This document shows, piece by piece, positions 38,942-48,440 of a DNA stretch of 64,000 nucleotides (the stretch's first letter is position 1; the number at the start of each line of letters is the position of its first letter). The stretch is from assembly GCA_963716175.1 (NCBI GenBank), contig OY970296.1:2592001-2656000 (forward strand), in the 5' to 3' direction. Made by a program: the position numbers and the translations under genes. This DNA is from an uncultured Armatimonadetes bacterium (lineage in GTDB: Bacteria; Armatimonadota; Hebobacteria; Hebobacterales; Hebobacteraceae). The notes beneath the pieces were generated by a model that was not told the DNA's origin, did no database searches, and saw nothing but the letters and a program-made list of their open reading frames with translations.

Positions 38942-40306
38942 ATGGGCAGAGACGCCGCAGCAGACAGCCTGGCTGGAGACACGGCGAGTGTGGTCGCCTC
39001 TCAGGCGGTGGTGATGGTTGCCGGCCTAGCCGGCTCGATCATCACCGCCCGCGTGCTGGGGCCTTCGGGGAGAGGAGTGCTCTCGCTGGTGACCTTGTGG
39101 GTGCTGCTGCTCGCCATCGCGGCCCCCTTGAGCTGTGGCTACGGGCTCATCTATCACCTGCGGAACTCCAGCACTGACTTCCCGCAAGCCCTCTCCACCG
39201 CGCTCGGGCTCTCCCTTGGGTTCGGGGCGATGGCGGTCGGCGTGTCGCTGCTGGGCGGGCATCTGCTCCGCCACAGCCTGCTGCGAGGCGTGCCCTTCAG
39301 CTATCTACTCCTGGTCTCCCTCGCCCTGCCGGCTGCCATCTTCGTGGGAGTATCGGGGTTGGCGTTGATCGGCGCCGGGCGCGTGAAGCAGGTCTCGACC
39401 CTCACCGCGGTCAACTCGGGGTTGGGGTTGGGGCTGCTCTGCCTGTTCCTGTTCGCGCTGCGCCTGGGCCTGCTGGGCGCCGTCATTGCCTCCGCCATCA
39501 CCTCCGTGCTGGGCGCGGCGATTGCCATCGCCTGGCTCTGGCCGCACTTGCGCTGGCGCCGCCTGATGAGGGCCGGGCACTGGTCCTCGGTGGTCTGCTT
39601 TGGCCTCAAGACCCACGGCGGCGCAGTGGCGCAATTGGCGAACTACTCCCTCGACCGCTTCCTGATCAACCTCTATCTGGGGCCGACCGCGGTCGGCATC
39701 TACAGCATCGCCGGCCTGCTGGCCGAGCGCTTATGGGTGCTGCCGGGAGCGGTGCAGACGGCGCTCTATCCCCGCACCGGGGGCGAGGCCCGAGATGACG
39801 GCGAGCTCACGGCGGCTGCCTGCCGCAAGGCCCTCTGGCTGATGGCCGGCGCTTGTCTCGCCGTCGCAGCCGCGGGACCCTGGCTCATCAGCGCTCTCTT
39901 CGGCCCCGATTTCTCCGGCGCCGCCAGACCCCTGCTGATCCTCCTGCCGGGGGTGCTGTTCCTCAGCGCGGGCAAAGTCATGGTGCCCTATATCCAGAAT
40001 CGCGGCCGGCCGCTGATGGTCACCTATGTTCCCCTGGGATCGCTGGTCCTCACCCTCAGTTTCAACCTTCTGCTCATTCCCAGATGGGGCATCTCGGGCT
40101 CAGCGGCCGCCTCCACCCTCGCCTATGCCGCCTATGGGATTGCTCTCACCGCTGTGTTCGTCCGGCTCTCCAAGCGGAGAGTGGTTGACCTTATCAGATT
40201 CCCCTTCTCCGACCTGATGGCAGCCAGGCGGCTGCGCCTTCGCCTACAGGCCCGTCGTCGGGCGCCCACCTCCCAGGCCGAACCCGCACCAATCAGGGGG
40301 AAGTAG
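38942..40306 (+). CDS. Oligosaccharide flippase (Wzx)
   Basis: ARVLGPSGRG, DRFLI..YLG..AVGIYS, NLLLIPRWG..G.A.A. Confidence 0.88.
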   Translation: MGRDAAADSLAGDTASVVASQAVVMVAGLAGSIITARVLGPSGRGVLSLVTLWVLLLAIAAPLSCGYGLIYHLRNSSTDFPQALSTALGLSLGFGAMAVGVSLLGGHLLRHSLLRGVPFSYLLLVSLALPAAIFVGVSGLALIGAGRVKQVSTLTAVNSGLGLGLLCLFLFALRLGLLGAVIASAITSVLGAAIAIAWLWPHLRWRRLMRAGHWSSVVCFGLKTHGGAVAQLANYSLDRFLINLYLGPTAVGIYSIAGLLAERLWVLPGAVQTALYPRTGGEARDDGELTAAACRKALWLMAGACLAVAAAGPWLISALFGPDFSGAARPLLILLPGVLFLSAGKVMVPYIQNRGRPLMVTYVPLGSLVLTLSFNLLLIPRWGISGSAAASTLAYAAYGIALTAVFVRLSKRRVVDLIRFPFSDLMAARRLRLRLQARRRAPTSQAEPAPIRGK

Positions 40307-40307
40307 C

Positions 40308-41276
40308 ATGCCTCGCGTATCTGTGGTCATCCCCACCTACGACCGAGCGGACCGGGTCCAGGAGGCCGTTGACAGCGTGTTGGCACAGACCTATCGCGAC
40401 TTCGAGATCGTCGTGGTGGACGACGGGTCCACCGATGAGACCGGGCGCGCGCTGGCGCGGTACGGCGATCGCATCCGCTACCTCTGGCAGCACAACCGGG
40501 GTGCGGGCGCGGCGAGGAACGCGGGCATCGCGGCGAGCGGCGGGGAGCTGATCGCGTTCCTGGATTCCGATGATCTCTATCTGCCGCAGCGTCTGGAGGT
40601 AGCGGTGGCCGTGCTGGACGCCCACCCGAGCTTCGGGGCCAATTACGTAGATGCTCGCATCCTGGATGCCTCTGGCCGGCTGTGGGTGCGCAGTCACCTG
40701 GAGCGATGCGGCAGCGCCCCTTCCGGCTGGATCTTCGATGCCCTCCTGCGCCGGCAGCTTCTCACCTGCAACACCGTGACCGTCAGGCGGGAAGCGATGG
40801 CTCGCTCGGGCTGCTTCGGTGAGGAGTGCTTCAGCGGCGAAGACACTCGCTTCTTCTGGCGCCTTGCCCGCGTCTGCCAGATCATCGCGCTGCCGCAGGT
40901 GTTGGTGGTGGGGCGGGAGACGCGGGGCAGCCGCTCTGACTTCCGCCAGGGGCGGGAGCGTCACACCGAGCTGCTGGCAGAGTGGGCGCGGGGAGAGGAG
41001 GGGTTTCTCAGGACCTGGGATGACCTTTCCGGCCGGCAGAAGACGCGGCTGGCGCGGCGCATCTGGGGCCTCCATCACCAGCGCGCGGGGCTGCTGTCGA
41101 AGCTGGGCCGGGAGGGGGAGGCGCACGCCGCCGCTCGCCAGGCAAACGCCATGGCCCGAGAGTTTGGCCTATTCCTCCCCGGCGCGAGGGCGATGCTGAG
41201 CAAGCTCGTCCCTCTGGTGCACAGGCTCCCTCTGTTCTCCTGGCGTCCGCCAGGCGCAAAGGCGGCCACGCCATGA
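40308..41276 (+). CDS. Glycosyltransferase family 2
   Basis: VSVVIPTY, VVDDGSTD, ARNAG, FLDSDD. Confidence 0.93.
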   Translation: MPRVSVVIPTYDRADRVQEAVDSVLAQTYRDFEIVVVDDGSTDETGRALARYGDRIRYLWQHNRGAGAARNAGIAASGGELIAFLDSDDLYLPQRLEVAVAVLDAHPSFGANYVDARILDASGRLWVRSHLERCGSAPSGWIFDALLRRQLLTCNTVTVRREAMARSGCFGEECFSGEDTRFFWRLARVCQIIALPQVLVVGRETRGSRSDFRQGRERHTELLAEWARGEEGFLRTWDDLSGRQKTRLARRIWGLHHQRAGLLSKLGREGEAHAAARQANAMAREFGLFLPGARAMLSKLVPLVHRLPLFSWRPPGAKAATP

Positions 41277-42301
41277 GGACAGGTCTGGTCCAGGACACCG
41301 TCTCGGTGGTTATCCCTGCCTACAACTGCGCCGATCTCGTCGGCGGCGCGATCCGGAGCGCGCTGGAGCAAACTCACCCTCCTCTGGAGGTGATTGTGGT
41401 TGACGATGGCTCGACGGATGGGACCTGGGAAGTCGTCAGGCAGTACGGCGCTCCGGTGCGCGCGCTGAGACGAGGGCACGCCGGGGTGGCCGCTGCTCGC
41501 AACGCTGGTGTCGCGGCTACTCAGGGCCGCTGGATCGCGTTCCTGGATGCCGATGATCTCTGGCACCCCAACAAGACGGAGCGCCAGCTCGCAGTCCTGC
41601 AGCGCGCAACGAGTGCCGCCTTCTGCCTTGCCGGCTACCAGTACTTCCTCCCGATAGTAGGAGGCGAGCCCCATGTGGTGAGCCGCGGATTGCCCGTGAT
41701 CGAGGACGATGATAGCGGCGCGCTAAGACATCTGCTCACCACCGGGTTCTTCAACATATCCAGCCTGTTGGTGCGTTGGGACGCGCTCGCAGCGCCTCAG
41801 TGGTTCACCTATCCGCGCCCGTGCGAGGACTTCGAGTTCTCGCTCCGCCTCTCTTGCGCACATGCTGGAGTGGCCGTGCCGGAGGTGCTGGTGTCCAACC
41901 TCTATCACCGCGGCCACCTCGAGTACGACATGGTCCGGGGTCATCAGCTCCGCGCGCAGTCCCTCGCCACCTGCCTCGGCTCGCGAGCGTGGCCCGATCG
42001 GGAGCGCAAGCTCTTCCGATGGGCGTTGGCGCGCGAGCGCTATGCTCTTGGCTGCGAGTTGATCAAGCGCGGATACCGCTGGCAGGCGCTGGCACCCCTA
42101 CTGCGTGCCCTGGCTTGCCCGCGACTGAGCCTGAAGGCCAGCTTGCGGCTAGCGAGCTGCGCCTTGCCGACCAAGCTGGCCGCCAGACTGTGGCCCTACC
42201 AGTATCGCCTGGAGAGGGACTATCAACGGGCGGCCGCGGCTGCGAAACGGGTCGCGCGGCGCGGCCGCGCCTCCATGGCCATGCCGGGGCGGAGTGCCTG
42301 A
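41273..42301 (+). CDS. Glycosyltransferase family 2
   Basis: VSVVIPAYN, DDGSTD, FLDADD, ED motif. Confidence 0.92.
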   Translation: MRTGLVQDTVSVVIPAYNCADLVGGAIRSALEQTHPPLEVIVVDDGSTDGTWEVVRQYGAPVRALRRGHAGVAAARNAGVAATQGRWIAFLDADDLWHPNKTERQLAVLQRATSAAFCLAGYQYFLPIVGGEPHVVSRGLPVIEDDDSGALRHLLTTGFFNISSLLVRWDALAAPQWFTYPRPCEDFEFSLRLSCAHAGVAVPEVLVSNLYHRGHLEYDMVRGHQLRAQSLATCLGSRAWPDRERKLFRWALARERYALGCELIKRGYRWQALAPLLRALACPRLSLKASLRLASCALPTKLAARLWPYQYRLERDYQRAAAAAKRVARRGRASMAMPGRSA

Positions 42302-42302
42302 C

Positions 42303-43223
42303 ATGGCCAGAACGGCGGTGATCGTCCCCTGCTATAACTCCGAGCGCTACCTGCGCCCGGCGGTCGAGAGCGCCCTGGCTCAGGAGCAGCAGGACTGTGA
42401 GATCCTGTGCGTTGACAACGGCTCCTCCGACAGCACCCTGGCGATCCTCGAAAGCTATGGAGGCCGGGTTCGTGTGATCCACGAAACGCGGCGGGGCGCG
42501 CCCTGCGCCCGCAACGCTGGGATTCGCCAGGCCGACTCCGAGTTCGTCGCCTTTCTTGACTCCGACGATTACTGGGAGCCGGAGAAGCTGGCGCGCCAAT
42601 TGGAGGTGATGCGATCCCGGCCCGAGGTGGGCCTGGTGGCGACGGATTTCTGGGTGCGAACTGCGGGGTCGCGCGGAGAGCGGACCCTCGTCCGCTGTCC
42701 TCGCTCTGATCACCTGCGTGCGCTGTTCTGGGGATGTTGTCTCCACACCAGCACCTTGCTCATGCGGCGAGAGGTGCTAGACGAGGTGGGGTTGCTGGAT
42801 GAATCGCTGCCCATGAGCGATGACTACGACCTCTTGCTTCGCATTGCTGCGCGTTACCCGATCGCCACCGTGCCCGCGCCGCTCTCCACCTATCGGCTGC
42901 ACGAGGGCAGCCTCTCGCTGCGCAGCTTCGAGCAGACCATCGCCTGCACCGACCGCGTGATCACCTCCTTCTGTCAGCGCCATCCCGGGTTCCGGCGCCT
43001 CGCACCCAGGCGCAGGGCGCAGGAGCGGGTCCGCGTCGCTCGTCTACTGCTCACCCGCAACCGGGTGCTGGCGGCGCGGCTGAACTGGGAGGCGTTGCGA
43101 CTCGACCCCGGCCAATGGCAGGCCGGCCTGGGCCTCGGGCTGTGCGCGCTGCCGGCTCCCTATGGGCCGCTGCGCAAGTGCTCGCGGCTGCTTTCCGGGC
43201 TGCGCGCGGAGGCATGCAGATGA
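42303..43223 (+). CDS. Glycosyltransferase family 2
   Basis: VIVPCYN, DNGSSD, FLDSDD, DDYD. Confidence 0.92.
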   Translation: MARTAVIVPCYNSERYLRPAVESALAQEQQDCEILCVDNGSSDSTLAILESYGGRVRVIHETRRGAPCARNAGIRQADSEFVAFLDSDDYWEPEKLARQLEVMRSRPEVGLVATDFWVRTAGSRGERTLVRCPRSDHLRALFWGCCLHTSTLLMRREVLDEVGLLDESLPMSDDYDLLLRIAARYPIATVPAPLSTYRLHEGSLSLRSFEQTIACTDRVITSFCQRHPGFRRLAPRRRAQERVRVARLLLTRNRVLAARLNWEALRLDPGQWQAGLGLGLCALPAPYGPLRKCSRLLSGLRAEACR

Positions 43224-44584
43224 CCGCGCCGACGGGTGTGGAGCATGGCACGCAACGGCAGGAGGCAAGCTCCCTTCGACTGCGCTCAGGGCAGGCCTGC
43301 CCAGCCGGAGAGCTGCCGGCGCAGGTGGTGATGGTCTCCGCCCTCCCCTGGGCCGGGGTGCCTCATCGCCAGCACGAGCTGGCGGCCGGCCTGGCTAGGC
43401 GCCTCGATTGCATCTATCTGGAGCCACCGCGGGGGCCGAGTTGGCGCGCGCGTGGGATGGTGACAGAAAGCCCGGGAGCAAGTGGCAGGAGGCAAGCTCC
43501 CTTCGGCTTCGCTCAGGGCAGGCCTGCCCAACTGGGCGAGGGCCCGGAGTTCGGCGGGGAGGGACCCGCCGCGCGGCCGCGGGTGGCGCGCACTGCAACG
43601 CCTGTGCCCAAGCGGCTCTGGTATCTCTCCGCCGCCGCGGACAGGCTGCGATTCCGCCTCGCCTGGCAAGCTGTGGCGAGAGACCTGGCGCAGACTCCCG
43701 GTCGGCCGCGGCTGCTGTGGGTGGATGGGGGCAGTAGCGCCCCGGCCATCACGGCCGTGCCCCACGACCTGCTCGTCTACGACTGCGTTGATCTGGACTG
43801 GGCCTATTCTCACTTCGCCCCGCGCCGCGCCGCGCTGCGCGCCTGGCATGAGCTGCTGCTGGCACGGGCCGATCTGGTGTTCTTCTCCATGGGCGCCCTC
43901 TGCCAGGAACAGCAGGCCCGGCGAGGTGGCTGCCACTTCGTGCCCAATGCTTGCAGCCAATCTCACTTCGCCGCCGACCTGGCATGCCCGGCGCCCCTGC
44001 GCCCACTCCCATGGCCCCGGCTTGGATTCGTAGGAGCGATGCTCGCCAGGCGCTTCGATTGCGACCTGATCGCCAACCTCGCTCGCCACCACCCGGAGTG
44101 GCACTTCCCATTGGTGGGAGAGGCCGACCAGGCGGTGCGGGCCGCACTCGCCGGCCTGGAGAACGTGCATCTCCTGGGCCGGCAGCCTCACCCCGAGATG
44201 CCGGCTTATCTCGCCCACTTCGATGTCTGCCTGCTCCCCAACCGCGTGGACACCGAGCTTAGCTACTGTTTTCCCAAGAAGCTCTGGGAGTATCTGGCGG
44301 CCGGCAAGCCGGTGGTCTCCACCGCCATTCCCGAGGCGCTTCCGCTGCAAGGCCTGGTCCGCGTCGGGCACACCCGCCAGGAGTTCGCGCGCCAGGTGCA
44401 GGCGGCGCTGATGGAGGAAGCTGACCCCGCGTCTGCCGCACAGTCGCGGGCCAGGCGCCGCGAGCTGGCGCAGGAGAATACCTGGGACCAACGCGTGGAG
44501 CAGATCGTCCAGATTCTGCGTGTCGAGCTGGGCCGGCGCGGCATCGTGCCCCGCCCTGTGGACGGGGAGAGCCATCATGCCTGA
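43220..44584 (+). CDS. GT-B (GT4-like) glycosyltransferase
   Basis: VYDCVD, ADLVF, FDVCLLP, PKKLWEYLAAGKPVVST. Confidence 0.88.
   Translation: MTAPTGVEHGTQRQEASSLRLRSGQACPAGELPAQVVMVSALPWAGVPHRQHELAAGLARRLDCIYLEPPRGPSWRARGMVTESPGASGRRQAPFGFAQGRPAQLGEGPEFGGEGPAARPRVARTATPVPKRLWYLSAAADRLRFRLAWQAVARDLAQTPGRPRLLWVDGGSSAPAITAVPHDLLVYDCVDLDWAYSHFAPRRAALRAWHELLLARADLVFFSMGALCQEQQARRGGCHFVPNACSQSHFAADLACPAPLRPLPWPRLGFVGAMLARRFDCDLIANLARHHPEWHFPLVGEADQAVRAALAGLENVHLLGRQPHPEMPAYLAHFDVCLLPNRVDTELSYCFPKKLWEYLAAGKPVVSTAIPEALPLQGLVRVGHTRQEFARQVQAALMEEADPASAAQSRARRRELAQENTWDQRVEQIVQILRVELGRRGIVPRPVDGESHHA
43257..43530 (+). repeat. Two 47-nt direct repeats (43257-43303, 43484-43530): REP hairpin carrying the 24-nt insertion, inside a CDS
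   Basis: 45/47 identical; translated in different frames (SSLRLRSGQACP and APFGFAQGRPA). Confidence 0.85.
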
Positions 44585-45515
44585 TCTCGTCATCATCACC
44601 GTCAGCTACAACACGCGCGGCCTGCTCCAGCGCTGTCTGTCGGCGCTGCGGCCTCACTGGCTGCGGCTGGCCGCCCAGGTGGTGGTGGTGGACAACGCTT
44701 CCGGCGATGGCAGCGCGGCCATGGTGTCGGCTGAGTTCCCCGAGGTCACGCTGATTGCCAACCCCGGGAACGTGGGCTTCGCCAAGGCGAACAATCAGGC
44801 GATTGCAGCCACGGATTCGCGCTATCTCTTGCTGCTGAATAGCGACGCCTTCCTGGTGGGCGATGCCGCGGAGAGGCTGCGCGTCGGCTTGGAGGCGAAC
44901 CCGCATGCCGCCGCCGCGGGCCCGCGCATGTGCGATGGGCAGGGAAGGGTGCTCGCCTCCGCGCACGCCTTCGAGAGCTTGCCCCGACTCGCCGGCTCCG
45001 CCCTCCACGTCTCGCGGCTACTCCCGGAGCGCCTGCTGGACGCCGCCGCCCCCCTGCTGGGGCGAGCCGGGGGGCAGCACTTGCTCAACTACCAGGCGAC
45101 CTGTCCAGTGAACGTGGACTGGGTCTCTGGGGCCTGCATGCTGGTGAGAAGATCGGCGGTGGAGCGGGTGGGCCTGCTGGATGAGGGCTTCTTCATGTAC
45201 ATGGAGGACGAGGATTGGTGCCGGCGTTTCCGCCAGGCCGGATACGAGGTGCTCTATCTGCCACAGGCCGAGGCCATCCACTACGTAGCCCGGTCCTCCG
45301 GCGGCAACCTGCAGAGCGCGCTCCGCTACCGCAAGAGCCGCCTGCGCTACCATCGCCGCTATCATCCCCGTCTCTATCCGGCCTTCTGGCTGCTGGCAAA
45401 CTGCTACACCCTGCGGCAGGGCGGGGTGGCGGGGCTGGTGGATTGGGTTAGCCGGAGGCGTCCGGTGGGCATGCCGACTGCAGGCATACCAGCCCTACGG
45501 GAAGCTGAGCGATGA
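44577..45515 (+). CDS. Glycosyltransferase family 2 (WbbL/rhamnosyltransferase-like)
   Basis: VSYN, VDNASGDGS, NVGFAKANN, LLNSD, WVSGAC, FFMYMED.DW. Confidence 0.92.
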   Translation: MPDLVIITVSYNTRGLLQRCLSALRPHWLRLAAQVVVVDNASGDGSAAMVSAEFPEVTLIANPGNVGFAKANNQAIAATDSRYLLLLNSDAFLVGDAAERLRVGLEANPHAAAAGPRMCDGQGRVLASAHAFESLPRLAGSALHVSRLLPERLLDAAAPLLGRAGGQHLLNYQATCPVNVDWVSGACMLVRRSAVERVGLLDEGFFMYMEDEDWCRRFRQAGYEVLYLPQAEAIHYVARSSGGNLQSALRYRKSRLRYHRRYHPRLYPAFWLLANCYTLRQGGVAGLVDWVSRRRPVGMPTAGIPALREAER

Positions 45516-46787
45516 GACTCACCATCGTGAACAGCGGCGCACCAGGCACCGCTTCCGTGCTGGCCCCGTTCTTCGAAGCGGTGGCGGAGGAGCCCGGCGT
45601 CGAGCTGGTGGTGTTGGAGCAGACGCCGGCCCGCGAGTGCAGTCGCGTGGCGGCAGGGCCGGTTCCCTGCGGTCGCTATCGCCTATTCAGGTTGCCGACC
45701 TACTGCTATCAGCGGCGCCATGCCTGCGCCCAAGTGCTGGCGCCGGGGTACCGTCGGCTGCTCGCCGCTAGCCAACCTCACGTCATCTGATGTTCTGGGG
45801 GAGCCGGGGTATCTGAGTACCTTTCAGGTGATGAGATCCGCGTGGCACTGGCTCCCCCAGACCAAGCTCTGCCTGCTCGCCGCTCAGAATGTGTATCAAC
45901 GCTTCCCTCCGCCATTCCCGTTGATGGAGCGCCATGTGCTGGCGCACCTTGACCACGCCTTCGTCCTGGGGCGCGATCATGAGCAGGTGCTCCGGCGCAA
46001 GGGCTATCGCGGCCCAGCCACTCCTCTGCCACTCGGGGTAGACACCCAGACCTTTGCGCCCGATGGGCCCCGCCTGCTTCCGGGAAGGCTGCATCTGCAG
46101 CGGCCGGTCGTGGGATACGTGGGGGATTTCCTGCCCGCGCGCAATCTGCCATTGCTGATCGAGGCGGTGAGCCAGCGCCGCAGCCCGGCGGGCCTCCTCC
46201 TGGTCGGTGACGGTGCCAGCAGGCCTCGGTTGGAGAGCCTGGCGAGCCGGAGAGGGCTGGATGGCAAGGCGAAGTTCGTGGGGCGCGTGCCTCACGCTCA
46301 GGTGCCAGCCTACCTCAATGCTATGGACATTTTCGTGCTTCCGAGCAAGCCGGTGCGCAACCGCTGCTTCGGCCTCTTCCACATCGCCAACGCCGAGCAG
46401 TTCGGCCGCGTCCTGGTGGAGGCGATGGCCTGCGGCAAACCCGTGGTGGGATCCTCCTGCGGTGAGATCCCCCATGTCATCGGCAACGCCGGGAGAGTGT
46501 TCCCGGAAGGAGACGTAGCCGCGCTGACCCGGGTCCTGGATGAGCTGTGTTCCGATCTGTCGTTGCGGGAACAGCTGGGCCAGCGAGGCCTGACTCGCGC
46601 CCGTGCCCACTACGACTGGCGCGTGATCGCCGCGCGCTTCCTGGCCGAGGTGCAGAAGATGCTGGCGCCAGTGCCCGCCGGCCCGCCCCGTGTAGGGCGG
46701 GCGTGCCTCCGCCCGCCACCCGCCCCCCGGGGCACGGAGGCCTGGGCTAGGGAGAAGGTCGGCGCAGGCGGTAGAGCTGCTCGATGA
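45512..46787 (+). CDS. Glycosyltransferase family 4; +1 frameshift at ~45788
   Basis: EQFGRVLVEAMACGKPVV; removing T45788 fuses PHVI to DVLGEPGY. Confidence 0.85.
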
Positions 46788-48294
46788 CCTGCTCCTCCCC
46801 GAGGCGGTACTCCACCCGAGCCGATGGCATCAGGTCAGCGGTTTCCCGGGGCCGGCGCGCCAGCGCGGCCAACTCCGGGTGGTCGCGCGTATTCACCACC
46901 ATGAACGCCGCCTGGTGATAGTGAGCATACCGCAGCACGCGCTCCAGCGGCGCCCAGGGGACTGCAAGATAGTCTCTCTCCGCGCGGAAAGCGAGCGCGT
47001 GATCCCCCAAGATCGGCCCGGGCGCGTCCGGTGTCTGCTGCACCGCCGCGGTGAGGGCGTTGATGCTGACACTTTGGCCGCTGGCCATAAGAGAGCCATT
47101 CGCCCCCAGCATCCAGAGGAAGGTGCCAGCCAACGCTGCGTAGGTGATGGCGAGGCGTGACCATCCCAGCGAAGGCGCATCCTCCGGTAGTTTCTCGCTG
47201 CCCGCGGGCGCGGCCAGCAGGATGGGCAGCACCGAGGACAGCAGCAGCATCCGTTTCTCGACGAAGAACAGCGGCAGCAGCAGGAGCGGGGCCGCCAGCG
47301 CCAGCGTCACCGGCCAGGCGAGAGCACTGCGCCGCCTCCATGCCCCCGAACTCAGGCCCAGGCCTACGCACGCCACCAGAAACGGGCTCACCATATTGGT
47401 CAGCAGCTCCAGCTCGTGCTGGGCGTTCCGGGCCACGCGATTGGCGGCGGCCCTCAGGCTGGTGGTGGGCGCTGGCAGCGAGATGGTGGTGTCGTCGGCA
47501 GACAGGGTGCTCAGGCGCTCCCACGGCGTGTCGGCGGTCCGCCCCTCGGCCACCGCCAGGTTGACGTCTACTTTGCCGCTCAACTGCCAGCGGCCGGTGT
47601 GGACGTGCAGGTAGTTCAGGTACGGAAACGAGACTGCCACGAAGCCGGCCATGATCAGGGCGAATCGCCTCCAGGATGGCGCTTGCTTGAGGCCGGCGAG
47701 CAGCGCACCCAGCGCCGCCACCCCGAATATCGCCAGGCCCTCGGTGCGCGTCAGATAGCCGGCCCCCAGCAACGCTCCGCAGACCAGCCCCAGCCGCGGC
47801 CGCCGACTGGAGGCCACCCACACCAGCAGGCCGGCCAGCACCAGGGCAACATAGACGCTCTCGCTCCACACCATGGCCGAGGTCATCACCCGTACCGGCA
47901 GCAGCGCGAACAGCCATGCGGCGATGATCGCCGGTCTGCCGGGGGAGAAGACAGTGGCCAGCAAGTAGACGAGCAGGATGGCGAGCAGGGAGGCCGCGAG
48001 GGAGATCGTCCTCCCGGCCGTAACCGGGTCCCGCACTACCCGGTCGAGGCCTCCGATGAGCAGGGGGTAGAGGGGAGGGAAGACAAGCTGGTCATCACCC
48101 GCGAGACTCTTGAAGCCCTGTCCGCGCCACAGGGTCTGCCCGCCTCGCATGTAATCGAAGCTGTCCGGAGTGGTGGGCGCAGCAGCGCGGGAATAGGCGA
48201 GGCTGAGCAGCAGCCCCATTGCCAGCGCACCACCGACCCAGGCGCGTGTTCTCCACGCGGCTGACGGCCCTCGGGCCTCGTGTAATGAGTTCAC
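46747..48294 (-). CDS. GT-C membrane glycosyltransferase (ArnT/PMT-like)
   Basis: DSFDY, PPLYPLL, WSES, YLTRTEG, multiple TM segments; GTG start after GGAGG. Confidence 0.8.
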   Translation of the reverse strand: MNSLHEARGPSAAWRTRAWVGGALAMGLLLSLAYSRAAAPTTPDSFDYMRGGQTLWRGQGFKSLAGDDQLVFPPLYPLLIGGLDRVVRDPVTAGRTISLAASLLAILLVYLLATVFSPGRPAIIAAWLFALLPVRVMTSAMVWSESVYVALVLAGLLVWVASSRRPRLGLVCGALLGAGYLTRTEGLAIFGVAALGALLAGLKQAPSWRRFALIMAGFVAVSFPYLNYLHVHTGRWQLSGKVDVNLAVAEGRTADTPWERLSTLSADDTTISLPAPTTSLRAAANRVARNAQHELELLTNMVSPFLVACVGLGLSSGAWRRRSALAWPVTLALAAPLLLLPLFFVEKRMLLLSSVLPILLAAPAGSEKLPEDAPSLGWSRLAITYAALAGTFLWMLGANGSLMASGQSVSINALTAAVQQTPDAPGPILGDHALAFRAERDYLAVPWAPLERVLRYAHYHQAAFMVVNTRDHPELAALARRPRETADLMPSARVEYRLGEEQVIEQLYRLRRPSP

Positions 48295-48440
48295 CTGTCC
48301 CTCCGAGAGGCGAGCAAGCTGCTGGTCGTCTTCGGCGCACTCTCCCAGCCTCCTGGCGCCGCTTGACCGACTTGGCGTCCCTTGTGTTACACTCTGGCCT
48401 GCAGCTTGCACCCATGATCGCGCGATGTGAATATGAGACG

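Noticed and set aside
27868-45790. Selenocysteine or readthrough at TGA 27868 and TGA 45788
   Set aside because: The homologous sequence continues in a different frame, so these are frameshifts, not readthrough
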